The notes beneath the pieces are model-generated. The model was not told the origin of the DNA. It worked only from the letters and a program-made list of their open reading frames with translations, and did no database searches. Positions 40,631 to 52,021 of a DNA stretch of 64,000 bases are shown in pieces. The position numbers were made by a program, and so were the translations under genes. The stretch is from an uncultured Chroococcidiopsis sp. (GTDB lineage Bacteria; Cyanobacteriota; Cyanobacteriia; Cyanobacteriales; Chroococcidiopsidaceae): contig CAXTYC010000007.1 in assembly GCA_964248365.1 (NCBI GenBank), positions 60,552-124,551 on the forward strand. Direction: 5' to 3'. Numbering within the stretch: position 1 is the stretch's first letter; each line of letters begins with the position of its first letter.

Positions 40631-43048
40631 CTAGCGACGATTACCAGGATAAGTATTGATTCCTCCCCGATTGCGTTCTAGCATTTGACGCACATCAGGA
40701 CTAGGAGTGTAGTTATAACCCATCGAGGAAGAACGCTCAGAATCATCAAGAATCTGCGGCGTTAGCAACACAATGACCTCATTGCGCTGATTGGATCTAT
40801 TTGTCCTTCTAAAGAGCGACCCAATAATCGGAATATCTCCCAAAATAGGAATCTTAGTTATTGCAGTTCGGTCTGTGTCTTGAATAATCCCTGATAAAAT
40901 TAGAGTTTGATTGTCTCGTAGGCGAATTAACCCAGAATTAAGCGATCGCTCAGACACCAAAAATATTGTTTGCTGATTACCCCCACCAAGATTTACAGTC
41001 TGTGAAGATTGGGGCGCTCTCACAACCGGAGCTACTGATAAAGAGACAAAACCATTATCGTCAACCCGCTCAATCCTGACACCAAGGGTTAAACCTATAT
41101 TCTGCTTCTCAACTGTTAGGGTTTGTCTAGTACCACCCGTAGTATCAGTTATGTCATTTCTGACGTTTCCCACCACTTCCTGTGTCAAGTTGACATTTGC
41201 CTGCTGACCTTCCTGCACAAGTAAGGTAGGGTCGGTCAAAATTTTGGCATTACCGCTGATAACCTGAGCTTGTAACTGAGACAAAAAGCGTCTGGGATAT
41301 TGAAATAGAGTTGGCAACCCATATGTATTAGAAGTAGCGTCTGTAAGACCAGGTTGGAGAGGATTTAAGTTAGTGCCAAAGGGCGCACGAGGTCTTAATC
41401 CATTTGGAAAGTTTGGGTTAAGCGATGGTATAGGATTGCCATTATTAAAATTGCCAAAGGGAGCATTTGGCTGAGCATCCAAGAAAGGTGCTTGAGTTGT
41501 TCCTTGTGGAAAGCCTGGAGTTGTTATAGGTGGATTAAATCTACCTGTACGCACATCAGTACTAGAAGGTGGATTCACTCCACCAAAACTAAAAGTGGCA
41601 GCTCCTCCATCATTGGAAAAGAAGGTTCTACCAATGCCAAACGAGAAACTGGTGTTTATGTCTTCAGTCGCCAACAGGTTAACATCGACAATCTTGACAT
41701 TTATGGCAACTTGACGACGACGGGAATCAAGTTGAATCAGTTGAGCAGAAGCAACATCAATTTGCTTGGGACTACCAACCAAAGTGACAGAGTTGGTGCG
41801 CTCGTCGCCGATTACCTCTAAACCTCGTAGCAGTGGTGTAGAGTCTTGAAAGTCAATTCGCTGAGTTTCAATTCTCGTTTCTGTGCTGGTTTGAGTTTGT
41901 GTAGCTGGAGTTTGAGCGCCTCCCACAGGCACAGCCTGCACACTAGTAATAGTACGTTCGCGGCTGACGGCACTTTCTGCTCCCAATGCGACTAAAAAGT
42001 TCAGCGCTACTCCCACCGTCACCTGATTGAGTCGCAGGCTACGTGTAATTAAGTTGCGAGCCTCATTGGGCAACCTTGGACCTACGAAAATAGTGCGCTC
42101 TTCTCGGTATGCTTGCAAACCACTGACGCGAAGGACAGAATTAAAGACATCCTGAACGGACTCATCTTGAATATCCAGAGAAATTCTTGGTCCTTCATTA
42201 CCTGCGCCTGCATTTTGTTGATTTTGCTGCTGCTGCTGCTGCTGTCCACCGCCTGGCGCTGTGGCTGTTGTATAAGCTAGGTTCAAACCAGCGGCGCGGG
42301 CAAGCAGGGATAGCACTTCTCGCACTGGAGCATCGCGCAACACCAAGCGCGGCACTCGTTCGTTTGTTCCCAAATTAATTAGTGCGGGTGAGGTATCAGT
42401 ATTTGAAACGGCAATATCTCCTACAGGTGGCGCAACTGCTCTAGGTAAAGTAGGCGGAGCTGATGGTGCTGATTGTGCTGTTGTAGAGGGTGAGGTTGGC
42501 GCTCCATCAATCGTTACCTTGGGGTTGGGAACGAGAACATTGGGTCTTTGCGCTGTTCGTGTTTGACCTGGTTGAAATGTTGTTGCTCGTGGGGTAGTCC
42601 GTCGTGCAGATGTGGTGGGCTTTCCCGATGCTGGGCTAATACTAAGGGAAACTCCCCCAGCATTTCGCTGTTGTAATTGACCATTGGGAGCGCTGGTAGT
42701 ACCAGTAACAACCATGCGAACGCTGTTTGCATCGAGCTGGGTAACTACAACTGAATCAATCCCAGGAGCTGGCTTGTTTTGGCGGAAATTGTTTCCTTGC
42801 GGCAAGCTTAGCTGAGCATTGACAATGTCTGCAACTAAGGTATTACCTTGCTTGCTAGTAAAAACTTGGGGACGAGCATTCCCAGAAGTCCTTAAAACTA
42901 AATTTAAGCCACTATTTGTTTGATTTATTTGCACTGCTGTTACTTTGGCAGTTTGCGCCCAAACTGGTTGGGCTACCAACATCACAACTGCTACTGGGGC
43001 AAATAGTACGCCACTACCTTGAAGCTGTTTTGTCCGTTCTCTTTTCAC
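40631..43048 (-). CDS. pilQ: type IV pilus secretin with N-terminal AMIN domain
   Basis: AMIN-like N-terminus; LRDAPVREVL, DERTNS and KIPILGDIPIIGSLFR...EVIVLLTPQI motifs. Confidence 0.95.
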   Translation of the reverse strand: MKRERTKQLQGSGVLFAPVAVVMLVAQPVWAQTAKVTAVQINQTNSGLNLVLRTSGNARPQVFTSKQGNTLVADIVNAQLSLPQGNNFRQNKPAPGIDSVVVTQLDANSVRMVVTGTTSAPNGQLQQRNAGGVSLSISPASGKPTTSARRTTPRATTFQPGQTRTAQRPNVLVPNPKVTIDGAPTSPSTTAQSAPSAPPTLPRAVAPPVGDIAVSNTDTSPALINLGTNERVPRLVLRDAPVREVLSLLARAAGLNLAYTTATAPGGGQQQQQQQNQQNAGAGNEGPRISLDIQDESVQDVFNSVLRVSGLQAYREERTIFVGPRLPNEARNLITRSLRLNQVTVGVALNFLVALGAESAVSRERTITSVQAVPVGGAQTPATQTQTSTETRIETQRIDFQDSTPLLRGLEVIGDERTNSVTLVGSPKQIDVASAQLIQLDSRRRQVAINVKIVDVNLLATEDINTSFSFGIGRTFFSNDGGAATFSFGGVNPPSSTDVRTGRFNPPITTPGFPQGTTQAPFLDAQPNAPFGNFNNGNPIPSLNPNFPNGLRPRAPFGTNLNPLQPGLTDATSNTYGLPTLFQYPRRFLSQLQAQVISGNAKILTDPTLLVQEGQQANVNLTQEVVGNVRNDITDTTGGTRQTLTVEKQNIGLTLGVRIERVDDNGFVSLSVAPVVRAPQSSQTVNLGGGNQQTIFLVSERSLNSGLIRLRDNQTLILSGIIQDTDRTAITKIPILGDIPIIGSLFRRTNRSNQRNEVIVLLTPQILDDSERSSSMGYNYTPSPDVRQMLERNRGGINTYPGNRR

Positions 43049-43763
43049 TTTGAGTAAAGTTTAGTATTTTGCAATGCGCGGGTTTTCAATTCAAATTTGA
43101 AGGTATAAAACGGGAGTTGAATAAAAATTAAATACTGTCAACTCGCTTTTGTAAATCTTGTCCTTGGTTTTGTACAGAAATAGAATGAGTTCTAATATAT
43201 ACATCTCCATTCAAATATCTGTATTTACTTAGCTTGCTCTCAGCCGCGAAATGCACAAAAACAACTAAGTACGAGTCGGTCTATAATTGAGCCTCATATT
43301 TAGCTAAGCAATAAACAACTGTAAGTCCTGTTAATTAACAACCTAGACAATTTAGAGTAAGTGTAAATTTGCTTTGTAGGTTGTATAGCAGGGATTCGGA
43401 AATAGGGAGTAGAAAGTAGGTAAAAAGTCTTGCAACAATAAAACTTATAGTAAATTAACTTGTCCTCATCTATCTACTCGCTGCTGAAATATTTTTTTTA
43501 GTAATCTTATACCACAAAACTCCAGACAAAACCTAACTTTATTTCTGCTTTATATTCAAGCGAAATATCACTTAGAATTTGTTTAATTCATCTTTCTAAC
43601 ATCCTTAACCTCAGTAAATATACGGTACTCTATAACACGTTCAAAAGATTCGTGAAATACTGCACTATAACTGTCCTTTGTCAATAGTCATTTAACACTA
43701 GTAATTTGTAACTACATAGATGCTTAGGAACTCGCCGCCAAGCACAGGTAAAGGACAGCTGTA

Positions 43764-44504
43764 TTACTTTTTCTGTTGCTGTGCCTGTGCCGCTTGTGCC
43801 GCTTCTTGGGGGGAAACTGGCATCAGTGCTTGCAATTTGAAAGATGTAGAGATGGTTGGTAGTCCACCTACTGGTTTGTCTTTTTGATCAGGAGATGCTG
43901 CTGCCGTTGTCGATTGATAGTTTTTGACAATCAGCAAGGGTTGCAGGCGCTCAATATTACGCAGGATTGATTGTGTTTGTTCAAATGTGCCTTCAAATGT
44001 AATATCTACTGTTCGTTGTTTGAGCTTGCCGTTGACTTCAGAACCTAGAGAACTATCTGCAATCACTTCAGCTGATTGATTAGCTGGGACAAATTTCGTC
44101 AGCTTGGCGCTGGTATTGCTCCCAGTATTCGTTGACTGAACCAGCCGATTGAGATCCAGTAGCAAAGTATCTAAAGTTTGCTCGTTGGCAAACAAAGTTA
44201 AAACTTGTGTGTTTTGCTGTTTTGCCTGGGCTAAATCCGCTTGCACTTTCTCTCTTTGTTGCAAGCTGGCTGCTTTTTGCTCAACTAATGCTTGTTTCTG
44301 GTTTTGGCTGTCTCTCAGTTCCTGATACCGCTGCCAAGCAGGCATCACCAAACTAGTAAGCAGGTAAACAGCGCCAGCTAATCCTAAAACAGCAAGCCCT
44401 ATTCCGATGATTTGTGGTGTAAATGTAATCCCAAAGGCAGAAGGATATGTAGGTGCTGCTGCGGTATCTTCTTCAAAGGAAATAAATTCATCACTTAACG
44501 TCAT
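43764..44504 (-). CDS. pilO: type IV pilus alignment protein PilO
   Basis: TM helix plus coiled coil, FEGTFEQTQSILRNIERL; operon position. Confidence 0.9.
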   Translation of the reverse strand: MTLSDEFISFEEDTAAAPTYPSAFGITFTPQIIGIGLAVLGLAGAVYLLTSLVMPAWQRYQELRDSQNQKQALVEQKAASLQQREKVQADLAQAKQQNTQVLTLFANEQTLDTLLLDLNRLVQSTNTGSNTSAKLTKFVPANQSAEVIADSSLGSEVNGKLKQRTVDITFEGTFEQTQSILRNIERLQPLLIVKNYQSTTAAASPDQKDKPVGGLPTISTSFKLQALMPVSPQEAAQAAQAQQQKK

Positions 44505-45313
44505 GGTTGAATGACTCCTTTTTGTTGCAGTGTACGGATGCGAGTCACCAGTCCCAAAGTCCCCTTACGTTCCAACTCTCTTAGGATCTCAGAAGCGGGG
44601 ACATTACTCAATTTTGATTCTACGGTGTATTTGACGATTTGGGGCAGTTTAACTTTCACAGATGCGTTCGCTGAAGCTTGGAGGGGGTTGTCGGTTAATT
44701 CAGCTGTAACAATTTTGGTTTCTCCTGGCTGCAAGAAAGCAGACTGATTGAGAGTGAGTACAAAATCGTTTACGTCATTAAAAGATCGCGCCACTCCGGT
44801 AATTTGAATTCCTCCTGTCGCAATTGGGGTAGAAGGGACTGGTTGGGGCTTATTTGAAGAAGAGTTATTTGTAGAAGAGGCAGCTGCTGGCTGGGGTGCA
44901 GATGCTGTAATTTCCTTAACCGAGTCAATTTGCACTGTTTTGGGGATGCGATCGCGCAAATCTTGCAACATTGCCGACCAAGGTCGAATCTGGTTAAATA
45001 CTGTGGCTAATGCTTTGGTTTCTGACTGAACTTGACTTGTCTGTGCCTGAATTTTTTTAATTTCTTCCTCAGCTACTCCCAAGCGGCTTAACTGGGCATC
45101 TATTGACTGCACTTTAGTTTCTAGCTGGGCATTTTGGTTTTGCAAAATCAACCATCCAGATCCCACTAAAGCTGGCAAAATTACACCAACAGCAAGCCCT
45201 AGATAAATGCTCGTCTGACCACCAACACTTAAACCCGTCTTAGTATAACGGGTAAATTTCTCCTGCTTGCTTTCTACTCGATCTTTGAGAAAATTGACAT
45301 CTAAACTATACAT
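44501..45313 (-). CDS. pilN: type IV pilus alignment protein PilN
   Basis: MYSLDVNFLKDR, PWSAMLQDL and ITGVARSF motifs. Confidence 0.92.
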   Translation of the reverse strand: MYSLDVNFLKDRVESKQEKFTRYTKTGLSVGGQTSIYLGLAVGVILPALVGSGWLILQNQNAQLETKVQSIDAQLSRLGVAEEEIKKIQAQTSQVQSETKALATVFNQIRPWSAMLQDLRDRIPKTVQIDSVKEITASAPQPAAASSTNNSSSNKPQPVPSTPIATGGIQITGVARSFNDVNDFVLTLNQSAFLQPGETKIVTAELTDNPLQASANASVKVKLPQIVKYTVESKLSNVPASEILRELERKGTLGLVTRIRTLQQKGVIQP

Positions 45314-46424
45314 CGCCCCAAACCCCCCTTAGTCCTAAACCTAATACAGTTGCTAATCCTGGGCGTTGTGCGGTCGTAATTTTCTCCTCATCTACCTCCA
45401 GGGATAACGCCGCTACCGGATCGATTTGACTGGTCGGCACATTTAATCTTTGTTGAAAAAACTCATTTAGGTTTGTCAGCCCGCCTCCAGGTCCTGCCAA
45501 GAGAATCTGTGCCACATCCAAATTGTCGCTTTGGCTCAGATAAAATTCGACTGAGCGACGCAGTTCATCAGCTAGTTCTGTCAAAATTCTGATCACGGCT
45601 AAAGTCCCAGGATTTACGCCTGTTAAATCTAAGGAATCATCTTCATCGCTGTTAGCAGGAAGAGTTAATGACTGTAGCATCTGCGTATCTCTAGACCCTG
45701 GTAAATTCATACTTCGCAACAATGCATCTTGAAGATGATAAGTGCCGATGGGGACTGTACGCGAAAATTGTGGCACTCCATCTACAATAATGGCAATTTC
45801 AGTACTATCGAATTGAATATCAACTAAAACTACTGCTTCCTGCATTCCATAACTTCGCAGTTGCTCTCGAATTGTTCTGATCAAGGCAAAACTGTTAATT
45901 TCTATAACATCCACTTTTAATCCGGCTTGTTGAAAAGTATTTATATAGGTGTCAGTTACCTCTTTGCGAGTAGCAACCAGTAGCACCTGTACCTTCTCAA
46001 TTCCATCCTCATCTACAAAGTACCCCAATTTCTGATAATCGACATCAGCTTCTTCTCTAGGATATGGCAAGTACAAACCAGCTTCATGTTGAAGTACCAT
46101 CTCTCGTAACTCTTGATCGTTTAACTCCGCTGGCAAGGGAATCAGACGAATTAGGGATTCTCGCCCAGGTACAGCCGTAGCGACTCGCTGCGCTTTGATT
46201 TTGCTTTCGGCTAGTGCTTGTTTGATTAACTCTGCCAAGCCTGACGAATCGGCAATTAGACCATCTTGAAAAATGCCTTCAGGAACTGGTAATGAGGACA
46301 AGGCTGCTAGTTTAAATCCCTGCCCCTGTCTTTGCAGCTTGGCTATATTAATCTTCTCTGGAGCTAATTCGATGCCTACCCCAGTTTTGCGTTTTGCCAA
46401 TAAACTTTTGAAGCGGTTAATCAC
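45306..46424 (-). CDS. pilM: type IV pilus assembly protein PilM
   Basis: Actin-like fold: VGIEL, VLVDI, LAGPGGGL and LGLGLRG motifs. Confidence 0.95.
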   Translation of the reverse strand: MINRFKSLLAKRKTGVGIELAPEKINIAKLQRQGQGFKLAALSSLPVPEGIFQDGLIADSSGLAELIKQALAESKIKAQRVATAVPGRESLIRLIPLPAELNDQELREMVLQHEAGLYLPYPREEADVDYQKLGYFVDEDGIEKVQVLLVATRKEVTDTYINTFQQAGLKVDVIEINSFALIRTIREQLRSYGMQEAVVLVDIQFDSTEIAIIVDGVPQFSRTVPIGTYHLQDALLRSMNLPGSRDTQMLQSLTLPANSDEDDSLDLTGVNPGTLAVIRILTELADELRRSVEFYLSQSDNLDVAQILLAGPGGGLTNLNEFFQQRLNVPTSQIDPVAALSLEVDEEKITTAQRPGLATVLGLGLRGVWGDV

Positions 46425-46551
46425 AGTTTTACACAGTTTTACAAGTTGAATTGAGGGGAGATAATTAGACTAAGTGAGATATTTGTGCTAGGGTCAGCTA
46501 ATTTAACTTATAATCGCAAAGCTTGTTTAATGAATACATAAGTTGTAAAAA

Positions 46552-47880
46552 ATGTCAACAACACTACTTGGGAGCAGAATTAGAACACAGAAACTAGTAG
46601 TTTGTACTTTGTTAGGGTTGCTTATTAGCTGGATTGTTAGTTGTAGCCCCGTCAACGTCAGTAACCAAACATCGCAGTCCAACTCAGGTAGCAGGCAAAT
46701 TGAGTTTTGGACGATGCAACTACAACCGGAATTTACCGACTATTTCAACAGTGTAATTAAGTCATTTGAGAAAGAAAATCCTGGCGTAAAGGTAAGCTGG
46801 GTAGATGTGCCTTGGACGGCAATGGAGAGTAAAATTTTAACAGCTGTAGCGGCAAAAACTGCACCAGACATTGTTAATCTGAATCCTGATTTTGCCTCTG
46901 TGCTAGCAGCTCGTAATGCTTGGCTTGATTTAGATAATAAAGTACCGAATGAGGTGCGCTCAACCTATTTGCCGAATATTTGGAAAGCAAGCACACTTAA
47001 TGGTAAAAGTTTTGGAATTCCTTGGTATCTCACTACGAGATTAACAATTCATAATATAGACTTGTTAAAGCAGGCTGGGCTAAGTCAGCCACCAGCAACT
47101 TATGCCCAATTAGCTCAAGTGGCGAGGCAAGTTAAAGAAAAAACTGGTAAATACGCCTTTTTTACGACATTTGTGCCAGAGGATTCAGCGGAAGTACTCG
47201 AATCCTTTGTACAGATGGGAGCAACTTTAGTAGATGCTCAAGGGAAAGCAGCCTTTAACACCCCTCAAGGAAAAGCAGCATTTCAATATTGGGTAGACTT
47301 ATACAAAAATGGACTCTTACCCCAAGAAGTCTTAACCCAAGGACATCGACATGGAATAGAACTTTATCAAGCAGGAGAGATAGCCTTGCTGGGGACTGGG
47401 GGAGAATTTCTCAAGACAATTGCTACAAATGCCCCTGCGATCGCCAAAGTTTCCGCAATTGCACCCGAAATCACAGGCGAGACAGGCAAAAAAAACGTAG
47501 CCGTGATGAACCTGGTAATTCCCAAAGACACCGATCAACCAGACAACGCCCTAAAATTTGCCCTGTTCGTCACTAACAGCGAAAATCAGCTAGCCTTCGC
47601 CAAAGCTGCGAATGTACTCCCTTCTACTACCACTACACTCAATAACAGCTACTTCAATTCTCTCCCAGCCAATGCATCACAGCTAGATCGAGCGCGTATC
47701 GTCAGCGCCAACCAACTAAAACAGGCAGAAGTCTTAATTCCCGCCATGCAAGATATTAACATCTTGACAAGAGCAATTTATGAAAATCTCCAAGCAGCAA
47801 TGCTAGGTGAGAAAACAGTCGACGGGGCAATTGCTGATGCTGCAACAGCATGGGACGCTAAAGGAGGGGCTAGGGGCTAG
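46552..47880 (+). CDS. carbohydrate ABC transporter substrate-binding lipoprotein
   Basis: Lipobox IVSC; IEFWTMQL, APDIV and GIPWY motifs. Confidence 0.9.
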   Translation: MSTTLLGSRIRTQKLVVCTLLGLLISWIVSCSPVNVSNQTSQSNSGSRQIEFWTMQLQPEFTDYFNSVIKSFEKENPGVKVSWVDVPWTAMESKILTAVAAKTAPDIVNLNPDFASVLAARNAWLDLDNKVPNEVRSTYLPNIWKASTLNGKSFGIPWYLTTRLTIHNIDLLKQAGLSQPPATYAQLAQVARQVKEKTGKYAFFTTFVPEDSAEVLESFVQMGATLVDAQGKAAFNTPQGKAAFQYWVDLYKNGLLPQEVLTQGHRHGIELYQAGEIALLGTGGEFLKTIATNAPAIAKVSAIAPEITGETGKKNVAVMNLVIPKDTDQPDNALKFALFVTNSENQLAFAKAANVLPSTTTTLNNSYFNSLPANASQLDRARIVSANQLKQAEVLIPAMQDINILTRAIYENLQAAMLGEKTVDGAIADAATAWDAKGGARG

Positions 47881-47969
47881 AAGAGGGCAGGGGGGCGCAA
47901 GGAGCAAATTCAATCCAAAATCCAAAATCTATAGTCCCCAAAATTCCCTCGCCTCTCGCCTCTTACCTC

Positions 47970-49289
47970 TTACCTTTGCGTCCTTTGCGTCTTTGCGGTT
48001 CGTAAAAAATAACCTACTAGATACAGCGAACCACACAAAACTATTAAATCTTCAGATTCAAGAGTTGCCACAAGTGCTGAAAACAGATCGTCATAAATAT
48101 GACAAGCTGCTAACGGACAAACATTCTGAGCTAGATTTGCCAATTCTGCCGGATTGGCTGAACTATGATCCGGCACGGGTACTAAGTATAATCTGTCACC
48201 TGGTCGCAGGACGGCTTTAAAAATTTCGTCATGCTCTTTGGTAGAAAGCATCCCCATTACCCACTTGACAGATTTCACATTTAGTGTATCAACATAAGAG
48301 CGCAAAGCGATCGCAGCAGCCGGATTATGAGCGCCGTCAATCAATAGCCTGTGGTTTTGCCAGGTAGTCCACTGCAAACGCCCAGCCCATTTAGTTTTAG
48401 CCATTCCATTAACGATCGCCCCTGCGGAAATATCCCAGCCTTGCTGTTGCAAAATTTGCAAGGCAGCTATTGCGATCGCCGAATTACTCAACTGCATTTC
48501 GCCCAACAACGGCAAAGGATATTTGAAAGGATGAAGTTTGAAGGCTAAAGGCTGACCCGCCGTTGTCTGTGTGACGATGGGGCTGTCGGATAAACCCGCC
48601 CCTAGAAATTTTGCCCAGCCTGGCGCTACCTCTTGGGCTGGTTCAACCCATACAGCAGGACAACCAAGCTCGTTGATGCGCGATCGCACAACAGCTAGAG
48701 CCTCTGCTGGTAATTGTCCCACTACAGCCGGACATCCTGGTTTGAGAATACCAGCTTTCTCCCTGGCAATATCTGCTAAAGTAGGTCCTAGCTGCTGCCA
48801 GTGTTCCCGACTAATGGAAGTGATAATAGTAACAAGGGGGCGATCGCTAACATTAGTAGCATCCAAACGACCGCCTAATCCCACTTCTACTACAGCCACA
48901 TCCACACGAGATTGAGCGAAGTACAACATCGCCGCGGCTGTAATAACTTCAAACTGAGTAGGTGTATCTTCATCAGGACGAATGGCATTTTGAACTTGTA
49001 GCAATAACTGTTGCAGCGTATCAGTTGCAATTGGTTGCTCATTTAAGCAAATGCGTTCAGTCCAATCGACTAAATGGGGGGAAGTATAGCGCCCTACCCG
49101 ATAACCCGACTCGGTTAGAACCGAAGAAAGATAAGCACAAACCGAACCTTTACCATTTGTACCAGCTACATGAATAATTGGAACTTGGTGATGGGGATTA
49201 GCTAAAGAAGCCAATAGCTTTTGAATTCGGTCTAAACCGAGATGTACGCCAAAGCGTTGAAAGGGTTTGAGGATCGAGTCAATGTCCAC
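47970..49289 (-). CDS. folC: folylpolyglutamate synthase/dihydrofolate synthase
   Basis: HVAGTNGKGS, YTSPHL, EVGLGGRLDATN, DGAHN and CGSLYLVG motifs. Confidence 0.97.
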   Translation of the reverse strand: MDIDSILKPFQRFGVHLGLDRIQKLLASLANPHHQVPIIHVAGTNGKGSVCAYLSSVLTESGYRVGRYTSPHLVDWTERICLNEQPIATDTLQQLLLQVQNAIRPDEDTPTQFEVITAAAMLYFAQSRVDVAVVEVGLGGRLDATNVSDRPLVTIITSISREHWQQLGPTLADIAREKAGILKPGCPAVVGQLPAEALAVVRSRINELGCPAVWVEPAQEVAPGWAKFLGAGLSDSPIVTQTTAGQPLAFKLHPFKYPLPLLGEMQLSNSAIAIAALQILQQQGWDISAGAIVNGMAKTKWAGRLQWTTWQNHRLLIDGAHNPAAAIALRSYVDTLNVKSVKWVMGMLSTKEHDEIFKAVLRPGDRLYLVPVPDHSSANPAELANLAQNVCPLAACHIYDDLFSALVATLESEDLIVLCGSLYLVGYFLRTAKTQRTQR

Positions 49290-49573
49290 AATAGCTAATA
49301 GTTAGTAGTGAAAAGAAGTATAAAGTGTGAAGTATGAAGTATGAAGTATGAAGTATGTACGCAAAGCGTTGCCATAGGCTAGGAGTTGTGGAGTTGTGGA
49401 GACAGAATATTAATTCTTTCCCTTTTCCCTTTTCCCTTTAACCTTTCCCCTTTAACCTTATTGCCTTCATCCTTTCTCTCACCATTTAGTCATACTCTTT
49501 TAGGCAGATGAAATACCCTGTGAAGGTGAGTCAAGGTTATTTATTGGCAATCTACTTATTTGCGGGTAAATCT

Positions 49574-49807
49574 ATGCAAGCTAACGGACAAGATCGAGCA
49601 ATAAGCAATCTGGAGTATGATCTGCTCACAGTGTTGCAAAACAAGGCTGAAGCACTTAAAGCCTATGAAACTTATATTCAAGATGCACAGTCAATGGATT
49701 CTCAGCCCTGTGTGGAACTGTTCCAGAAGTTGAAGCAGCAAGATATGCAGCAGGCACAGGAAATCCGCCACCACCTGCAAGAAGTAATGCAAAAAGGCAA
49801 GATGTAA
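49574..49807 (+). CDS. small helical (half-ferritin-like) hypothetical protein
   Basis: YDLLTVLQNKAEALKAYETYIQDA...ELFQKL...H two-helix pattern. Confidence 0.7.
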   Translation: MQANGQDRAISNLEYDLLTVLQNKAEALKAYETYIQDAQSMDSQPCVELFQKLKQQDMQQAQEIRHHLQEVMQKGKM

Positions 49808-49942
49808 AGCGGCTAGCTATTAGCCGTTAGCTGTTAGCTGTTAGTTGTTCCTCTTTTGAGCTAGCTTTTGGGATCTTTAATAGATAATGTGTGAATTGTG
49901 TTTCTAAAAGCTCATGGCTAATAGCTAAAAGCTAATTGCTAA

Positions 49943-51019
49943 TTAGCTAAAGGCTTCAGACAGATAATCAGCAGCAGCTTCTACCACAACGATCGCTGTT
50001 TCATAATCCATTCTGGTTGGTCCTAGTACGCCCACGCTTCCCACTGGTACTGTACCTCGGCGATAGGTGGCAGAAATCAATGTACAGCAGCGGATTGGTT
50101 CTAAGGTATTTTCTGAGCCAATCCGAATCGATACTCGTCGCCCCGCTTTTGACTCTCCTTCTGGCTCTTCAAAAATCAAAGGTAATAACTGCTGCTGCTC
50201 TTCTTCCAGCAGGTGGATAATGGTTTGCACTTGCTGTAATTCAGAAAATTCTGGCTGACGTAACACTTCTGCCACACCCCGAATCATTAGTTGAGTCACG
50301 GCGGGTGTTTGAGTGCGACGAGATAAATCTGCTAGGACGGTTTTTAAGTAATCGCCATAGCGTTGAAATTCTTGGTCTAATTGAGTCCAATCAAGTGTAG
50401 CCAATTCCCCAAGCGATCGCCCCTGTAGCTGAGTGTTCAAAAAATTTGAGAGAATCTGCAACTCCCGTTCCACTACTTCCGGTTGTGGTGGTGTTTCCTC
50501 AGCCGAAAAAGGCAACTCCAGTAATGCCGATTGTGTCTCGTATGCATCTGTCACCACAATTAACATCACCCGTTCTGGCTCGATTGGTATGAGTTGCAAG
50601 TGTCTTAACCGAGCTGTGTTGTTGTGAGGCATGGTAATTAAGGTGATGCAGCCACTGACTGTTGCCAGAATTTGCGCTGCCCCCTGCAATAAGGCTTCTA
50701 GGCTCCAATCCTCCCATTTAAGTCGCTTTTGGAATAAATGCTCTACCTGTCGCCCCCAGATGTCAGAAGGTGTAATTAGCTGATCTACATAAATGCGATA
50801 GCCCCAATCCGAGGGTACACGTCCTGCTGATGTATGAGGTTGGTAGAGTAAACCAGCTTTTTCTAACACACCCATTGTATTACGAATTGTTGCTGGGCTA
50901 ACTTGGAGATTGTACTCCTCTACCAAAGCTTTTGAACCTACTGGCTCTGCGGTGGCGATGTAGTGGCGCACCGTTGCCCAAAGTATTTGCTGTTGCCGAT
51001 CAGTAAGCTGCACTTGCAT
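49943..51019 (-). CDS. hrcA: heat-inducible transcription repressor
   Basis: [23 protein letters not shown] and LGPTRMDY motifs. Confidence 0.97.
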   Translation of the reverse strand: MQVQLTDRQQQILWATVRHYIATAEPVGSKALVEEYNLQVSPATIRNTMGVLEKAGLLYQPHTSAGRVPSDWGYRIYVDQLITPSDIWGRQVEHLFQKRLKWEDWSLEALLQGAAQILATVSGCITLITMPHNNTARLRHLQLIPIEPERVMLIVVTDAYETQSALLELPFSAEETPPQPEVVERELQILSNFLNTQLQGRSLGELATLDWTQLDQEFQRYGDYLKTVLADLSRRTQTPAVTQLMIRGVAEVLRQPEFSELQQVQTIIHLLEEEQQQLLPLIFEEPEGESKAGRRVSIRIGSENTLEPIRCCTLISATYRRGTVPVGSVGVLGPTRMDYETAIVVVEAAADYLSEAFS

Positions 51020-51378
51020 AGCTAGTTTAAGCCGAGGAAATCTTATCGGATTTTAAAAACAGTGAATGTAATTTATAGAACTGTTAAGTTTTAGTTATTA
51101 AAGATAACAAATTAGTTACATCAGTTGAAAGCAGCCAAGGGATAGATCTAGGGTAAGCGCCTTGATGCTGTTACATCGGGTGATGGCGATCGCCCACTCA
51201 CTTCAGTGTAAACGACATGGCTATTACTTCTTTTGTTCCTAAAAGCTATCGCCATTAGCGCCATTGGCAATATATGTAGCCTTATTCAACTATACTATGT
51301 ACTTTCTCTTAATTTTACTATTTCTTTGGTAGTAAATATTACTAAATGAGTATCTAGGGGCAAGAGCGCCCCTAGCCC

Positions 51379-51723
51379 CTAATATCTAGAAATGGTTGGA
51401 TCGACCAGGATTGAGTAGGCATCGATGCCACCAACCACGTTTTTAACATTGGTAAAACCTTGACTGGTTAGCCACTGACACATTTGGGCAGAACGAATAC
51501 CGTGATGGCACATTACCAATGTTTCAGCATCAGTGTCAAAACGGGTATGGATTGAGTCACACCATTGGGCAAATTGACTTAAAGGCAGGATTTCAAAACC
51601 TTCAATAGAGGCGATCGCTACTTCTTCCGGTTCGCGCACATCCAGCAATTGCAGTTTGCCCACATCTTTCCTCAAGCGTTGGGCAAGTTCTTCTACACTG
51701 ATTTGGGCAATAGGTTGATTCAT
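51379..51723 (-). CDS. single-domain rhodanese
   Basis: LLDVREPEE, CHHGIRS and GGIDAY motifs. Confidence 0.93.
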   Translation of the reverse strand: MNQPIAQISVEELAQRLRKDVGKLQLLDVREPEEVAIASIEGFEILPLSQFAQWCDSIHTRFDTDAETLVMCHHGIRSAQMCQWLTSQGFTNVKNVVGGIDAYSILVDPTISRY

Positions 51724-52021
51724 ATTAGGAGGGGCTAGAGGAAGCGCGGGGCTAGGGGCTAGAGGCTAGAGGCTAGAGGAAGTCGTCAGGTGAGGAAGCC
51801 AGAATTCTCCCCTTTTCCCACTCTCCCTATCTCCCCAGCTCCCCCTGCCCCTTGCGCCCCCCTGCTCTCTTATGTGGGCGGGTTTTAAAAATTTCTTGTA
51901 TTGTAGGGTACTAGACTAGGTTTTAGCAGATATCTTCCTAAGCAGGAGGTTGGATAGTGGCTGGTTATCAATCCCGAATGCACTCAGGCTGGCTAGTCTA
52001 CTATAACCTTTGTAAACAATC

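Noticed and set aside
43049..43763. pilP gene between pilO and pilQ
   Set aside because: No ORF of 60 aa or more in the track and no lipobox ORF seen; the spacer is AT-rich
51020..51378. CIRCE operator upstream of hrcA
   Set aside because: No TTAGCACTC-N9-GAGTGCTAA seen
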